A stretch of DNA of 64,000 nucleotides, taken from NCBI GenBank assembly GCA_977030845.1, contig OZ365112.1:18104001-18168000 (forward strand), read 5' to 3'. Made by a program: the position numbers and the translations under genes. The first letter of the stretch is position 1. Each line of letters starts with the position of its first letter. Source of the stretch: Fimbriosthenelais zetlandica. Lineage: Eukaryota. Shown here piece by piece: positions 13,086-28,091 of this stretch. The notes below the pieces were generated by a model. It had not been told where the DNA came from. It saw nothing but the letters and a program-made list of their open reading frames with translations, and did no database searches.

Positions 13086-16000
13086 GTAAAAAAACGCTGG
13101 TTATTTAGGTGAATTGAGATTTCATTAACTTCACAGGTTATGTCATGTCATCTACGCATATTTTAATTGTCAATTAATCGTCTTGCGTTTGCGTTTGTTT
13201 CTGTGGTTATGAACATTCCAGTGGTCTGACGATAAAGTAGGCACTCCCAAGTTATTTATCAAAGGTGCCATCGAAGTTTACTCTGAACTGCATGACTATT
13301 CTTCATATTCTATAACTTTTTGAGTTGTAGGGTTTTTTAATAAGAATAATTAAATCAACATGACTGAAACTTGATGATCCCGTCACTTGTGCCTATTGAC
13401 TCTTTACTTTGACATAATTACCTTCATATAAGGCGAACCGTTGTGTTTCCCGGACCCTGGCCACTTCAGGGAAGACATAAAACGTTAGGATATTTATAAC
13501 AATATTTTAATGATTACGAAGCGAAACCTATTTCTTTAGTGCCCGAAATAAGCTTCATCATTTTGTGACGCATATCGTTTTTCTGCAAAACAGAGTCGTT
13601 AAATAGGAAATAAGAAACCCCCACCCCTTGGCAAATGTTTAGTCTTTAAGAAAAAATTATCTTTAATGGTCATAGAGAAGTTATAGCCCTCAAACAAAAT
13701 GAAATGTGAGTCAACTTCATAAAAATGAACAATACAGCCAGCATTAGTGAGACTCATATCACTAAGGTTTCCTTAAAGAAGAAGATAACCAATATTTGCA
13801 ATGACCAAACATTGATGTTCTAATTCATCAATATATTTTAGAAATGGAGAATTATTTTATATTCTTTTATTGCAAAACCCCTGTCTGGGTGAAATATTTT
13901 GCAGCACAATAACTTTTTTATGATTCACAGTATGTTAATCAAGCCCCAGGGGTACATTCTTGACAAGCTTGTGGCTAGTGGTTGGGTTTCGCTATTTTAA
14001 TGCTGCTCTAGAGCGCAGTGCATGCACATTTGCATGTGTATTGAAAACATGATCATAACACATGATTTCTGATCATGCAGACCGGGGCGCGGCTTTTTAT
14101 CTTTCTTTTTTGATTCCTGTTAGAAGTTACGGTCGCACATGCAAAGACCGAGACTGACTTCCTTTGTATTAAGGGTCTATGAAAGTTTGTTACCTTATTA
14201 CAAAAACAGAAGGGAAGTACAGTTTCTGTGGCCTTCACGCTTTTCCCTCAGCTTCGGCTTTACACTGCATTGCAGAGTGGCATACATCTTATGACAAAAT
14301 CTTGAGATTTGATATCCTAAAAACATTGCATCCCATGACGTATGTTTGATACTACCTTAACTTGCCTACTAGCTGCCATGGGAGATACGACCACATCTTT
14401 AAGGTTATGAACTTAACATAGGCCTACAACAAAGCAGTCGTACATCTGTTCATAAGATAGCAATGTGGCGGATGCGGATTTAGTGTTACAGAAAGGGGTG
14501 GCTTCCTTAGACCCGGAAGTGAGGTGAGAATACATGAGATGCCATCTGGTGGGGGGTAGGCTGAGTGAGGTCTAGTGATGGGTGGCCATGTAAGACGTTA
14601 CTCATTAGGTGATGGAAGCCCAAGGATCAGAGGCCTAGCTCATCATGTATTCCCTTTCCCCACGTCTCAACCGCTTTGATATCCGCGCCACTAGAGCTAT
14701 CGACCCTCAGTAACGCCGAGTCTAAACGGTATCGATACGAACAAAGCTATCAAAGTGATCATATTCACAGCTCATCAATAAACCACCATTCTCACCCGCT
14801 TCTAATTCCATAAGTCTACGCGCAGGGGCACTTGCTCACTTTGAAGTCTGGGCCTAGCTGCTTGTGAAGATTTTACCCACCACTGTTTGAAATATGTAAT
14901 ACTGCATTAGTCTGTTGTATAAGTAATATAGATACAGGATTATTCAGGTATAGCAATGTTGCAAGAAGGTTACAAGCGAAAGGAATGCGCCGGAAGACTT
15001 TACGGGTATATAATATGTAGGTGGTTCCCTAGACTTGAAGCAATTCAGGTTTCCTCAGGAAGGGGGTCCTGCATGAAGCAATAATAATTGTCATGGTTCA
15101 GGTTGGATGCACCTGATTAGAACATGACCCCAGCAGTGATTGTGTAAGGGTTTCTTGTGTAAATTGTGCATAAGGTCTTTTAAAAAAATGTAGTAATATG
15201 AGAGAAGATAGAACCGCCTTGATCACAGAAGTAATATTTTGCCAGAGAGGTAAAAGCAGAAAAATGAGGGAGTTCAAGATGAGGCTTAGCCTCGGTGTCT
15301 TCGAGGCATCCAGTCTGTATGAAAAAGCTTGAAAGGGGATTGACTGTAATGCGGTCCCTAATAGACTCTAATATGGACTATGTAGCTGTATTTGTTAGAG
15401 GCCTATAAAGAGATGATGATGGCGAAAGACTTGTCATCATAAGAACTCCTTGGGTTCTCTCATGTTACCAGTTTCTGTTGTTCACAAAGACACAAGTGAT
15501 ACCAAAGCTAAAAAGACACAAAAGAAGTGTTATGATAACTTCAAAGTTTGACAAAAAAGAATCGCGCACCCTCTGTCTCCAGTGTTGGTAAAAACACGAG
15601 CATTTGGATCCTGCGCGGCCTCACCCAGGGCGCAGGATGAAAGCAGGCAAGAACAATATCACATACACACAAAACTGGAGAAAAAGTTATTTCTCTTTCT
15701 ATAAAAGTCCTGGTTCTTTTGTGACACAAAGATGGCAAGTCCGGATTGATCTTCTTTTCGGAAGCTCTGTCAAAGAAAACAAGGCTAATTTCACTAAGGT
15801 TAGGAAATGAGGGGGTGGGGGTGCACCGACTTTTGTAAAGTCATTCAAGATTTTGAGAAGTGCTGTTGCTCTCTAGCATAATCTGGTGTGAACAGTTGGC
15901 GATCGCCTTTAGTCCTGCATGGAGAGCTAGTGTATGGTCCACAAAAGAAGAAATCATTTGTGGAGGGGCTTGAATTTCACTGTATTATCTGTTTGCTATT

Positions 16001-19000
16001 AAACTCATATTTAGCGCATATTCCGTGTACCTTGTGGTGATTGAAAAGTCCTCAGAACATCCTTATCAAAGAGGATTTCCATAATATATGTTACACATAA
16101 TCACCCCCAAAGGGCAATGAACTCTCTGCATTGCAATAAACATCAACAGTGGTGAAGGCACAGTATACGTAACTTTCTTTCATTGTTTCAATTCAGTCAT
16201 TCATTCAATCCATTTCTCTTTGTCAACCGTAGCTGAACTGGGCTTTGCTCTTAGAGTATGAAGTTCCTTGAGCCTTTTCTGGTAGTGGTGAGAATTTTCT
16301 TTTAAAAACAAACATCATTATCTCCCAAAGAATTGCATGTGAAACAGATCAATAATACTCTACATTGGTGGAAAGAGAGAAAGACAAAGGGAAAGATTGG
16401 GTGCTGCATTTGTGTGAAGCCTTCTCTCAGTCCTTTGCTCCTCAGCCTTGGTTGCTAGGTTCAAAGGCCTATATGGGTGGTAAGCTTTGAAACATTAGCA
16501 CAGATGAGAAGAAGGACTAAGAAATAAGTATCTGTGAGTGAGTGTGTGAGTAGGGTTAGGTGTGTTTGAAGGGTAGAGAGGGAGAGAGACAGACAGCGAG
16601 AGAGAGAGCAAGACCAAGAGAGCGCTAGAGATATGAAACACAGAAGTGGAGCATAAGTAATCTCTAGTTTTATACACTGTATTCATTTTCTAGTATTTGG
16701 ATGAATTTTCAAGTAATATCTTTTCTTGTGTACCCTATCCTGGCAGCCCTGGCCGGGCGTCCTACATGGTGCCCTTGAACTTTCTTTTGATACCAGCATA
16801 AGCCTTGATCTTTGGGTCCTTTTGACCAGTGATGATAGAACAATAAACCACGTTCAAAGCCCAGAACTCTTTAGAACTCTCCAGGTACTGTAATGAGAAT
16901 TTTCTTTGATTAAAATCAAGAATCTTTTGCCCTTCTTCTACCACCTTAGACTTCAATCAGTTATCTAGAACTTTGTTGGGTTTCTTCTTATTCCAGCGTA
17001 TACTATACGTATTGAAAGAGGTTTTGACATTGCAGAATGTTTTTCGAACAAGAGGTCTCTGCGCAAAGGGGCTGCTGTACATTCTTCTATTACTTTGCAA
17101 GCAGATGAATGTTTGAATCTCTTTGTGTATACATTTATTCAAATGGGATTTTTTAGGCTTTCGTAATGTAGTCTTGTTTTGGTGGAGGTTGACAGCTTCC
17201 CTAACTGTCGGGGTAGGAGACTGTGTACTAGCCCTGGATAAGAGAAAACAAGCTTTATCTCAGCCGAGATTAAAGTAGGGCCAGCCAGATGACACGACTA
17301 CAAAGTCACCCTCACCCACTGTCTCACATCCTTCTCTTGTGGAGATCAAATAAAAACATGAAACAGTGGATGCAGAAGAACAAGGGACCAAAGACAAAGG
17401 TGAAGGGAGGCCCGGGGGTCTAGCTAGCCTGGTGTAGAGGTGGGGGCTATGGGGTGGGGTTGTGTATTAAGGGGTGGGAGCTCCAGGTTCTCTTTGATAT
17501 TCTGATAGGCGAGATACAGCACAATCATGACTGACTTAGATTTCAATTCGGATCTTCAAGTTGATCCCTGATGTTCAGTTGTATGCTGCGTATTGTTTAT
17601 CCCATCATTTAATGCCTCTCCGTACGGGGGAGAAGCAGTGTCAGATAGGTGGCTTTTAAATATGGCACCTGGCCTTTTGTCAGCCTTACACCTCTGATGG
17701 TGCCTGTTTTGATCCCAGCTCAGGTGTGGTTGGCATGACGATGATTTACCTGTGATTAGTTTTATCTTCCTAGGTAATTTGTCCCATCTCCTTCAGATGC
17801 CACTCTTCCTCCTGCCCTAGACCAAGGTGGTACCACAACTTTAGGGTTCTTATCAAAACAGTTGAAAGTATACTTCCTTTCAGGGTAGTTCCATGATAGA
17901 AGTGTAAAACTGCATGTCAGAATGAACCCTTCGATTTCTTTTAATAGGAGTGTGGTATATTTCCCCCCAATCGAAAGGCTTTATGTTTTTCAAAATCTGT
18001 AGTATCTGAAGTATGAGCATCAGTCAATGAGTTATAGTGCCAAGCAATTTGACATGTCCCCTAAGGGTGTGGCTGAGCGTTTGATGTGATGATAAAGTGG
18101 TGTTATTGTGGTGTTGTGTGGAGAGATGAGTGAGGATCAGATTCACCAAGAGATGAAGCCTATCACAGCTAGTGACTTGTACATGAAACACTTAGAACCC
18201 CACCAGACCCAACGGCGACGCACCCTGCATCCCTGTCTTTTTTTTTTATTACCGCTTCGTCTTTTTATCTCCGCTGAACTTGAACATCACTAGCTACAGA
18301 AGAAAATAAGGCCATTTTGACTGGAGTGATTAGCAAAAAAAGTTGCTAATTTGAACTAACAAAATACCTATGTAAGCTTTCGATTAGTAGGTAGCTTGGA
18401 TTTGGTATTTGTATTACCTCTCCAATGACCTATGCTCTCTCCCTTCAGAGGCCTATCTCCTACCTTTATGCTTTCCTTTGAGAAAGTTTGGGCTTTTTTG
18501 TCCCCACTTTCATCTTACCCATAGACTTCTATGCCCTGTCTAAATCCCTGTCTTTGGTCGGCACGATCCAACGGATCTTTTAATGTTTCCTCGGACAAAG
18601 AACAAACGCATATCCCCGGGTTAAAACCGGCCTCAAACAGGGGAGACAGAGGGAGAGAATACATATCTGTGCCTTTCTTCTTCTGGCCCTCTGTTTTAGT
18701 CGCCATGACTCTGTGTGTGGAAGCCTTGATAGGAGCCCTATCAGCCTCTGACACACTCCACCCACCCACTCACCCACACACAAATAGAGGGGGCAGGTCA
18801 CTTGTGAAGTTGCAACTGATCGACTGTGAGATCTTGTGTCTTTGCTGACATCAAGGACGACAGAGAGGAGCTGCTCTGACTCGCTTCCTGCCTATAGCTT
18901 TGTGTGTTTGAATGTGTATGTGGACCAGAAAGGGGTGTGTGTGGGTGTGTGCTTGCTACCCCTGACCACACATCTAAAGCTACCCGAGGCAGGGACACTT

Positions 19001-22000
19001 GTAGATCAGACATGGTCGTCATTAGGCAAAAAGTCATGTAAAAGTCAAGGCCTGTGTGGTTCAGGATTCTCCTATCTTTAGAGGGACTCTCAGCTATATC
19101 ATTCTAGCAGTTCGTCTTTCTGGGTTTGCACACTATATTACAAAGCTGTGTTCCACGCTCAGTTACAGACTTTGATGCTTTAAAGCTTCAGAACTTACAA
19201 GGAAATGACCACGTGTCAAAGCAGTATAAGTGACCTCTATTTCGACAGGGGCTTTAGGATAATTTGTTAAAGTTGATTTGGATTGCAACTGCTTTTTTCT
19301 CATCTCATATCCAGCTAAGAATTAAAATCATCCCAAACTCTTTCCCCTGTTGGGGGTCCCGACTTTGGGACAATGTTTATTGGAGTTGGTACCCTATTAA
19401 TTCAAGTTCAGCCATCTTAGTTCATTCTTGCCACTAACTTATGCTGTGTGATGCTGACCATTGTAACTCGTTTGAACTACTTTGGCAGCAGCTTTATGTC
19501 AGCACCCCTGACCATTGGGAGGACCCTCGTGGAGCGCTCCTGCACCCCCGCCAAGCAAACAGCGACAGGAATGATACATCAGCCTTCTTCCTCCTGCATT
19601 ATACATGCTGACTCTCGCTAACTACACACACTCATCATATTTTTCAAAGAAAGCGCCCAGTTACTAATTGAATGTATTGTTGCACTAAAATGACAGACGA
19701 TGTCTGTTTGTAAGGTACGGACAAGCCAGAGGATGAAAGCACTGACTCTTTGTACGCGATAAAAGAGAATACTCAATGAAGGAACATTTCAATTGGAGGT
19801 GATTGATTGGTCGATTTGGAACATGTGACCAAGCACACGCTTTCTTGACTACAAGGATGAGAAGGCAGATTCCTCATGGCCGAGCCTCGCTTTCCGTCCA
19901 CCAGAGAGGGCTTTGACAAGCAGAGGGCAGCACCATCAAAGAAAGCTGTGATCCCAGTACTTTATATATCAATGGCTATTATTTCACAGACAGAGCACAC
20001 TCGCTCTAATGACTTTTTTGCGCTGAGAAGTTCAAAGGGAATGACTAACTAGTAGTGGTTAACAGGACTGCCGCCTCAGAGGCGCACCCCGCTGCTGCTA
20101 CTGCTCAAACTTCAGCATTGGTACCGGGTACTGGAAGAATTGGTCTTTCGGCAAACTGATGCAAGAGTCGAGGGAAATTTCCAACTTAGTTCATACAATT
20201 CAAAGGAGATGCTTTTGACGGTGCTCAAATTCTTGATTAAAGCAGACTACAGTTGTCTCATATGGACATCATTGTCATGTATATAGAAGGCTTTTTCATA
20301 CAGTTAGGTAACACTAAACAGAGAGAAGTCTGTTTCATGCCAGCCAGCATCGTCAGGGATGTGGAAATATTTCGTATATTTCAAGTAATCTGCCATGTTC
20401 TGGTGAAACATTAGTTCCAAAGGCTTTAATGTTGCATACCAGCCATACCAGCAACAAGCTGATGACTTGCCTCGGTAGACTCATTGGTGCTCTCATCAGT
20501 ATTTGATTCCCAATACTCAACTCATCACCCTGAGCCCACAGAGTTCCATGACTATAGTCACTATGGCAACCCACGGGCTGGGGGTGTAGAGATTTGGTAG
20601 GGGTGGGGGATGGGGATAAAGGCTGGGGCAAGAGACGGAGGATCCAACTATTGAGGGGTGGGGGCTTTGATATGAGAGGGCTTTGTAGCAGCTATAATGG
20701 AGGAGTATTGTTTTATGTTCTCACCAATAGAGGGCATCGTGTGTGAGCAGAGGCAAGAAGGCGAGGGCGACGTTTGAAGTCGGAGGAAATGTAGAAAGTT
20801 GTTTGATGTAGGATGGATGGGCGGTGGCGGTGGGCAAAGGATGAAAGAGTTGGGGGTTTGGGTGTGGGGAGAGATTAGTGGCTTGTGAGGAGGGGGAGGG
20901 GGTGAGAAGGTGGATGTCTGGCTGGGCATGGAAGGGGGCATCAGAGAGAACTCTAGTCTGTTGGTAGACCTGTGGAAGCAGAATGTTAAAAAATACAGGG
21001 AAGAGTATAAGAATGGGGAAGGGGAAATGGGTTGGAACAAATATAATCCAGGGTGTCTCTCAGAGTATATAGTAGTTGGGATGTAGTATAGGGAATAGAG
21101 GATAATCAACCAGGCGATCATTTGGAGGTGATATATCAATGTACCTCAAAAACGTATAGTAAATTTGTGTAAGGGCCCTCATGTGACTAATAGAAGAGAT
21201 ATTAGAGACTGAAGATTTTGAGAATAGCATATGGAAATAGAAGTAAATAATGAATATAGGTACGATAAGGCTAATCTCATTTAGAATGTAATTTTCTAGA
21301 TCTTGTGTCTATCTGAACATTTTCTAATTTTTTGTAGCTCTCAGTAGATGACCTGATAATGTCAGGGGCGCCTACTAACGCTTCTCCATTTCAAAGTCGT
21401 GAGAGCTGGGTTTCCCATGCCCACGTTTTGACCACACAGCACCAGCTTTTAACATGAAAACGAGTGCCAGCAGGTGTCAGAAAATCACCAATTTACAACT
21501 AACTACCGCATGCAATACCCTGATTTGATTTCATTGATGTTTGGATGTTATAGGAACTGTTGAGCGAGAGGATACCATAGAGACCTGGTTTAAAAGTGTG
21601 GGTCATAGATTCCTGGGTTACTGATGACAATATGATGTGTCAGTGACGCCAGGACTACATGTACTCTCAAAGTTAAATGATCATGATTAAATATCATAGT
21701 TAAAACTTCTCCCACAACTTGGAAGGCGAACACACGCAAATTTTGCATTCATTTCAAAGAAACGAAAAATGAATATCAACATTTTAGCTATTTATATAGC
21801 TCAAGTTCATGTACATACGAAAATCTTTGAGGTATTCGGGGAAAAATTGCTATCAACCTGCTTTTACCCATTTTACCTATCAAGCATTTTTTCAGTATCA
21901 CATCCAGCTGCCTATTTGTAGGCATTTGGCTAGGGAAAAAAGTACCATGTTTTAGACTGAGTATTTGTTGGTACTTTATTTATAGATAGCGCATTCTTTG

Positions 22001-25000
22001 ATCTCCTTTCTGAGATTTTCTCACTTTCCCATTTTACCACTGTCGTTATGAAGGCAGCGAGACATTCTTTTCTGACCTTTGACCTGTCCAAGTGGCAAGC
22101 TATTATCTTGTGTGATCTCAGCGTCACCTTGCCACACCAAATGTCAGCAGTGAGTATAAAACCACCGGTGAAAATTGCCTCTGTTGCTTGCCGCCATTGG
22201 CTTCCAGAAATTAATCTAAATACCGCGAGCTGCTCTCTTCTCCAGATGAAAGGAATTATAAAAATCCTCAAGGCTGCCTTTTTGGCCATTTGTCCCTCTC
22301 ATCTCGTTAGAAGTGTTCTTTTATTTGGGTCGCTTGATCTTTATACATGTGCACGTCCATAGGTTCAGAGATTCCAATTGTTATATTCTGAACATTTGAA
22401 AAAATTGCCTGGGGCCATTACAGTGATAAAACGATTCAGCCTGTTGGGGAGAGGCGTTGCTGTAAATTAAATATTGTGCTGTTTTCTCAGAGGCCATTGC
22501 GTTCTTTCATTGAAGCCATTAATGGCAGATGATAACTGATAAATTACAATATCGTCCCGCTCTTTTTACCTGGGATACAACCAGCATTCAACATAGGTTA
22601 TTGGGAAGGAAGTAATGTTTACAGAGATGTTGGTGCTGTATATATGTAAGCCTCATATCCCTACACATCTTTCTTCATATTCCATTTGAGGGCCTACTAG
22701 TAAGTATTTGCCCCCTTTTAAATAAACCTCATCGCAACCAAATTGAATGGGCTGAAGTATACATCAAAGAAAGGCTGCAACTTTCATAAAACACATTCTT
22801 CTCCCTTTTTTTGCTGTAACATACAAAGTAGGCGATGGGTTTGCAGATGGCACAAGGACCCTAGACAGATCTGCTTCTGTTCACTTTGTGAGATATCTGG
22901 CATCAGTGTGTATTGGTTCATCTTAGTAGATAATCCTCCCTCCCTCTTCCTCCTCCCATTAATGCATTTACCATCCTTTACTTTGATGTAATTTATTGAA
23001 GTTTAAAGCTTTTATCAGAGCTGGGGAATCCTGATGTCCTGTGATCTTGCGAGACTCAGAGGGTGCTTAATTCTTGTATTCCATCTCTCCTCTCCTCTCT
23101 TATTGTTTCTCCTTCCTTTACACACTCTCTAAAACAAAGGACTACTCCACCCTCATTCTTTTGCTTTCATCAATTTGCATACTCTTAAACAGAGCTTTGA
23201 ATTTGTGAAGAATTTCTTTGTTTATAAGGGTGTACAAAAGTACACAGTATTCACTGTGTCCCATGATCTTACGTACTTCAGTCTATTTAGTATCCTTAAT
23301 CTTCGACAACCTTTCATCATCCCTCCTTGTTTCACTCTCTAACGTCTCTGAAAGAGTTGTTTGAGTATGCACTATCGTTGTCTCAGTTTGCCTTATTCTG
23401 GCCTTTGTGTATTTGACTTTCCATGTTGGTAATGTATCTTTTGCAATGTATACCCTTGGAATCTTGGGCGTAATGAATTCAGTTTCCATAAAGGCAAAAA
23501 CATGAGGATCTAATTCATTTCAGTAGAAGGCAGGTCGCTTACTGGAACCCTCTTCCCCTCTGTCCTCAGTCTACATCTTCTGCGGTAGAAATATTGCGGC
23601 AAGTTGACCTGAACCTTAACTATATGAGGGATATCATGTCAGACATCCCGCCGAGTGAGTCAGCAATTGGCAGAGTGATATCAGCTAATGGTTTGGGACA
23701 TCAACAGGTTACTTAGTACACAACTCGCTCTGCTGGGTCCACAATCTGATTAAAGACTTGATCCATTCAACAAATCTTGTATTTTAATGTCAGATTAAGT
23801 GTGACATAAAGGGAATGGAGATCCGCAGTTATATCCAATCATTACTGAATGATTTGGCCTTCCGTCAGCTAAATGCAGCTGTAATTAATGGAGGTAACAA
23901 GAAATGAGGCAGCCTGTTACTGGGTACCAATACCTTCATCAGAGTATTAGTCATTGATTAAGGTCATCAGCAATCAGTGATCCCAACAGGAGAAACAATC
24001 CATCGCCCAGAGAAGAGATGAAAGTGACCATGCATCACCGCTTATCAACGTATGGCACAGGCCTTGGCCATGGCCAAAACTGGTTACTGCGGCTGTTGGA
24101 ATAATTAGAGATGCCACCCCGAGGCGGTCACTGAAGGGGTCTTTACGCATTAACGTTAGATCAGACACAAGAGCGTAGTCCGGCAAGTAGTTATATCAAG
24201 GAAAACAAAGATACAGAAAACTGTAAAGGTATTGATTCCACTACTGGCTTTTGATGATGAGAATCCGGAATTAAAAGTTTTGTTCGTATTGCATTTAAGG
24301 ACTTTCCAGAACTCCAGTGAGAGGAAGTTCCTTTCTAATCTAGATTAGTCAGATATGAAGTGTAAAATTGATTTCTATTTACATCTTTCTTTGTGACTTT
24401 CCTCTCTCCCAATAGCTTTTAAACAGTTGATATTAGAAGAATAAGAAGCAGTAGATATTTGTTCCTTGTTGCCATGGCAACCTTTGACATTGATTGAAGA
24501 CCTTGTTATCCCAGTATTCATCACTGGATGATGTATCACCATAGAGACAATGCCATCCATATTAAATCAAAGCCCATCATCCTTCCGCTCTTTTTGCATT
24601 ATTTCATTTGTCTTCCCCCTTCAAGTCAAGGAGACACTGCTGTGAGAGCTGGCCATTTTACCCAGAGCGCAATTCACTGTGATTTTACAAAAATGAAAGA
24701 TTTGCTTTACCGGTGGCAACTGCTAGTGGAGATATCTTATCAGTTGATAAGATCAGAGATAAAGAATGGAGCTGTGATAAGACATAGATCGCAGGCAGCA
24801 ATACAAGATTAAAGGAGTTGTTGAGATGAGATTATACGCTGCTTCGACTGAGCGGAAATGAGATTTGCACAGCTAAACAAAAGGGGAGAGAATCACTCAT
24901 TAAAGTAAAGTTCATTTATCTTACTTCTACTTTGTTGTAATTAAGAGATTTGAGTCTGTAATTAGCAGCATGTGTGCTACTTATGAAAGTAACAGCCAAG

Positions 25001-25146
25001 TGTCAACTCTCCAATGAAATTTTCTCGTCTATTGCACAGCTTTGTGCCTTCTTTTGAATTCTCATAAATCAGGCGCGTTTCATCCTGATATTTTGTTTTA
25101 TGCAGCAGCGGAAATATAAATGGCAATGCATTTAGAGCTTTTATTG

Positions 25147-25268
25147 TGACGTCATCAAAGGCAGCTTTAGGGGAGTTAGGGGAGCATTAGTTTTATTGTA
25201 TTTGCTCTAGTCGACAGCGCAGGGAGCGCTCCGTGTTCTACAGATGACAGCCACCTTTGATGGGCGGC
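25147..25268. promoter_or_regulatory. Candidate Wnt-response element: CRE overlapping a TCF site, plus a TCF+helper pair
   Basis: TGACGTCA (25147-25154) overlaps ATCAAAG (25154-25160). CTTTGAT at 25255 is directly followed by GGGCGGC. Confidence 0.45.
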
Positions 25269-27760
25269 AAGCCTTTGTGAAAAACAACAGTCAAAGCACT
25301 TGATTAAAATTGGTTTTATACGAGTTTGATTGCGAAAAAAAGTGTTGGTTGATGAAATGCTGGACTTGCAGCAGCTTTGTCGTTATTATAGCTGCAGGAG
25401 CCGGCTGCGAAGCATATGCTTAACAAACCTCCCGCTCTCTCCACCCTTACCTGTGAGGCAGGGAAAGAGATAGAGGCAAAGAGGGACAAGGGATACTGAC
25501 ATTTCATTTGTCAGCCATTGATGTAAAGGAATAAAGTATAAATGGCATAATTAAGTCCGACTCTACTCGGCATGCCATAAGCTAGCTCTGGCCAGCTGAA
25601 TTTCTGCTTTAGTGTCCACTTTGAAATGCTGATTAGTACTCAAGATTCAAACTCTAAACAAGCTGTTAGTGAAAAAAGTCACCTTTGATTCTCGTAGAGT
25701 TTGGTGATAAGAAGATCTATGTTCTGCAATAATCTCTTGATAAATAGCTTCTCACGTGCAAATGGAGATGTTGCGCTACTTTTCTAAAGCAAAAACAGAC
25801 ATTACTGTTGTAGGCTTTGCATCCTTTTGATGAGCTTTGATTGCTGAAATAAGTTGTGGGGTTTTCTGAACATACTGCTTAGTGATTTTGCTTAGTTGTG
25901 CAGTTTTATGTCAAAAAATCTGTCTGAATCTGAGTCAAAGTCCACCTTCAGTGTTTTAATCAGAAAGTACACAACGAGAAGGAACCCTGCTTGAATCACA
26001 CATCAACATGACTAGACATTCATCTGCCAAACTTTAAATATCTTTTCTTCTGCTGATTAAAAATTCTTGTCTCAAAGTATTTCATTTCATGATGAAAAAA
26101 CAAACAAGCTTCGCCCATTATCGTCCAATTTGTGCCGACCTTATCGTCCACCTTTTACATTTGTTTGTCTCCGTAAAAAGTGGTTAGCTCAACAGGAAGT
26201 GGCTTTTGGCACATGCATGGTCTGAGAAAAGCATGGAGTGCAGTAGTCACATTTTGTGGCAGGTTTGTTTTTGACTGCGCTTTTTCCTTGAAGCTAAATT
26301 CCGAGTAATTTACAGCCACATTTTGTTGGTGGATGCCCCAGAAGGAGTGGGAATCTGGAGAGCCTCTGGTGTGGTGTGGAGGGGGGAAGGATGGTAAGCC
26401 ATCAAGGAGTGGTGGGAGGCATGGCATGATGGGAGATTAGAGACAACCACTGGTCATCAAGGTAAATGATTACCTCAAACCTTGTTATCCCTCCCAGTCA
26501 TTAACTCCCGCCTAATCACAGCCTCTCGCTATCCATGGCATTTTGTAAAGTGTTCATGGCAACCCAAATTAGGCAAGATTATTTTGAACTCCAGCTTTCA
26601 CACTGATCTTTCGGAAATGTATGTGGTATTCAAGTTGGGCGATTTTGACAAAATATGAAGGCAGCTTTTGCTGATAAAATCTTCAGAGGCAGAAGCTTGA
26701 GAATCCTTAGTATACTCGGGCGGGGATCATTCAGGTGACTTGGTCCAGGAATATCTATGATCACTGCCGTTCTGCCCCCACTTTGATATGTTCCCTGATC
26801 GAAGTGTGAAGAGAAAATAGCAGTTCCATGTTTATTTGTTTTTGTACGTGTGGAGTAGATGGCTTGTGATGTTTAAGTTGTTACTAATGACTCGTTACTG
26901 CACCCATGTCACTTCCATTTACATCAGTCAGGACATATATTGTTCACAGGCCAAGCAAGCAACATCAAACGATGTTAAATAGAGCCTCACTTAACAATGT
27001 ACAGTGAAAATGGCATCATGCAAATACCTCATAGAGGCGCGCTTGCTGCAGCTATAGTCTGTCTAAGGACCATGGAGTACCATCACATAAGTCTGACAGG
27101 GGCATTTCTGTTGAACGTATGTGTTCTGTTGTTTGATGATTGTTTCATATCACCAAAGATATATAACTGGTATATTTTGATGGTCAGGTGGGGAGCATTG
27201 CTTCCATGGGTCCTGTTATTCAACTCGTGGTTTGTTTCTCTCTCCCTTTAAAGGGGGCGACACTGGATTTGACTCAGGAGAGAAAGGAGGGAGTATAAAC
27301 AACCTTCTCCATTGAGATAGTTGATTTGCTTTTATGGGGTTTAAAACGAAGACTGTGTTAGATTTAAGGCTGAAAATATTGGAGATATCAATCAATTGAT
27401 ATTCCCAGAAACATTCCCCTTTGTTGAACACAATATTTTTGTTCTTGACTTTGGCTTAAAGCTAAATGTAGGTTGCTTCCGAGAGTGCAGGATTAGTTTG
27501 CCTTTCTCTGCAAGTGAATTCAGTGTTAAGGCATTCTTTTTGAGTCATGGTTGACCTGGCCTAATAGAGACATTATGTTAAAGTTGTACTCAGCAGGAAC
27601 GCCCCAAAACAAACCAAGTTCCCTTCATTACTCCCTGACCCTCCGCCCCAAACTTGCCCGTTTCACCTGAATGCACAAGGCTGAAGATACCTCGCAGGCT
27701 TTGACTTTACGCTCCACTGCCCCACTCAGCTTGCTGATTGACCTGACCTCTCCCACTGAG

Positions 27761-28091
27761 CTTTGATCAGGACGGAGATACAGTGGAACCCGTATGGATC
27801 AATCCTCCCTGGGTCCTGCAGCCTAACACTTTGATCCGTCCTGGTATCCTCCCACCCCACTCTGCTGGTCCTGGGGCTGTTGGGATTAAACTTTATCATC
27901 CCCCTCCTGCTCCTCCTCCTCTACCCCCTCCCTCCTTTTCCACCCTTACTCCCACCCTCCTATTCAATGCCTTTCTTTGAAGCCTTTGATCACTGAACAG
28001 AGACCAGCACACAGTTTGGGTGGGCCCAGGAAGCTGAGCCTACACCGAGCGACCTGCACTGGCTGGTCCTCTGGCCCGGTCTGACTTTGAT
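27761..28091. promoter_or_regulatory. TCF/LEF site cluster (candidate enhancer)
   Basis: Four same-orientation CTTTGAT at 27761, 27829, 27984 and 28085, plus a CTTTGAA variant near 27975. Confidence 0.55.

Noticed and set aside
20648-21139. 163-aa minus-strand ORF
   Set aside because: Product of G-rich low-complexity sequence (Pro/Ser/Leu-rich), with no domain or splice support.
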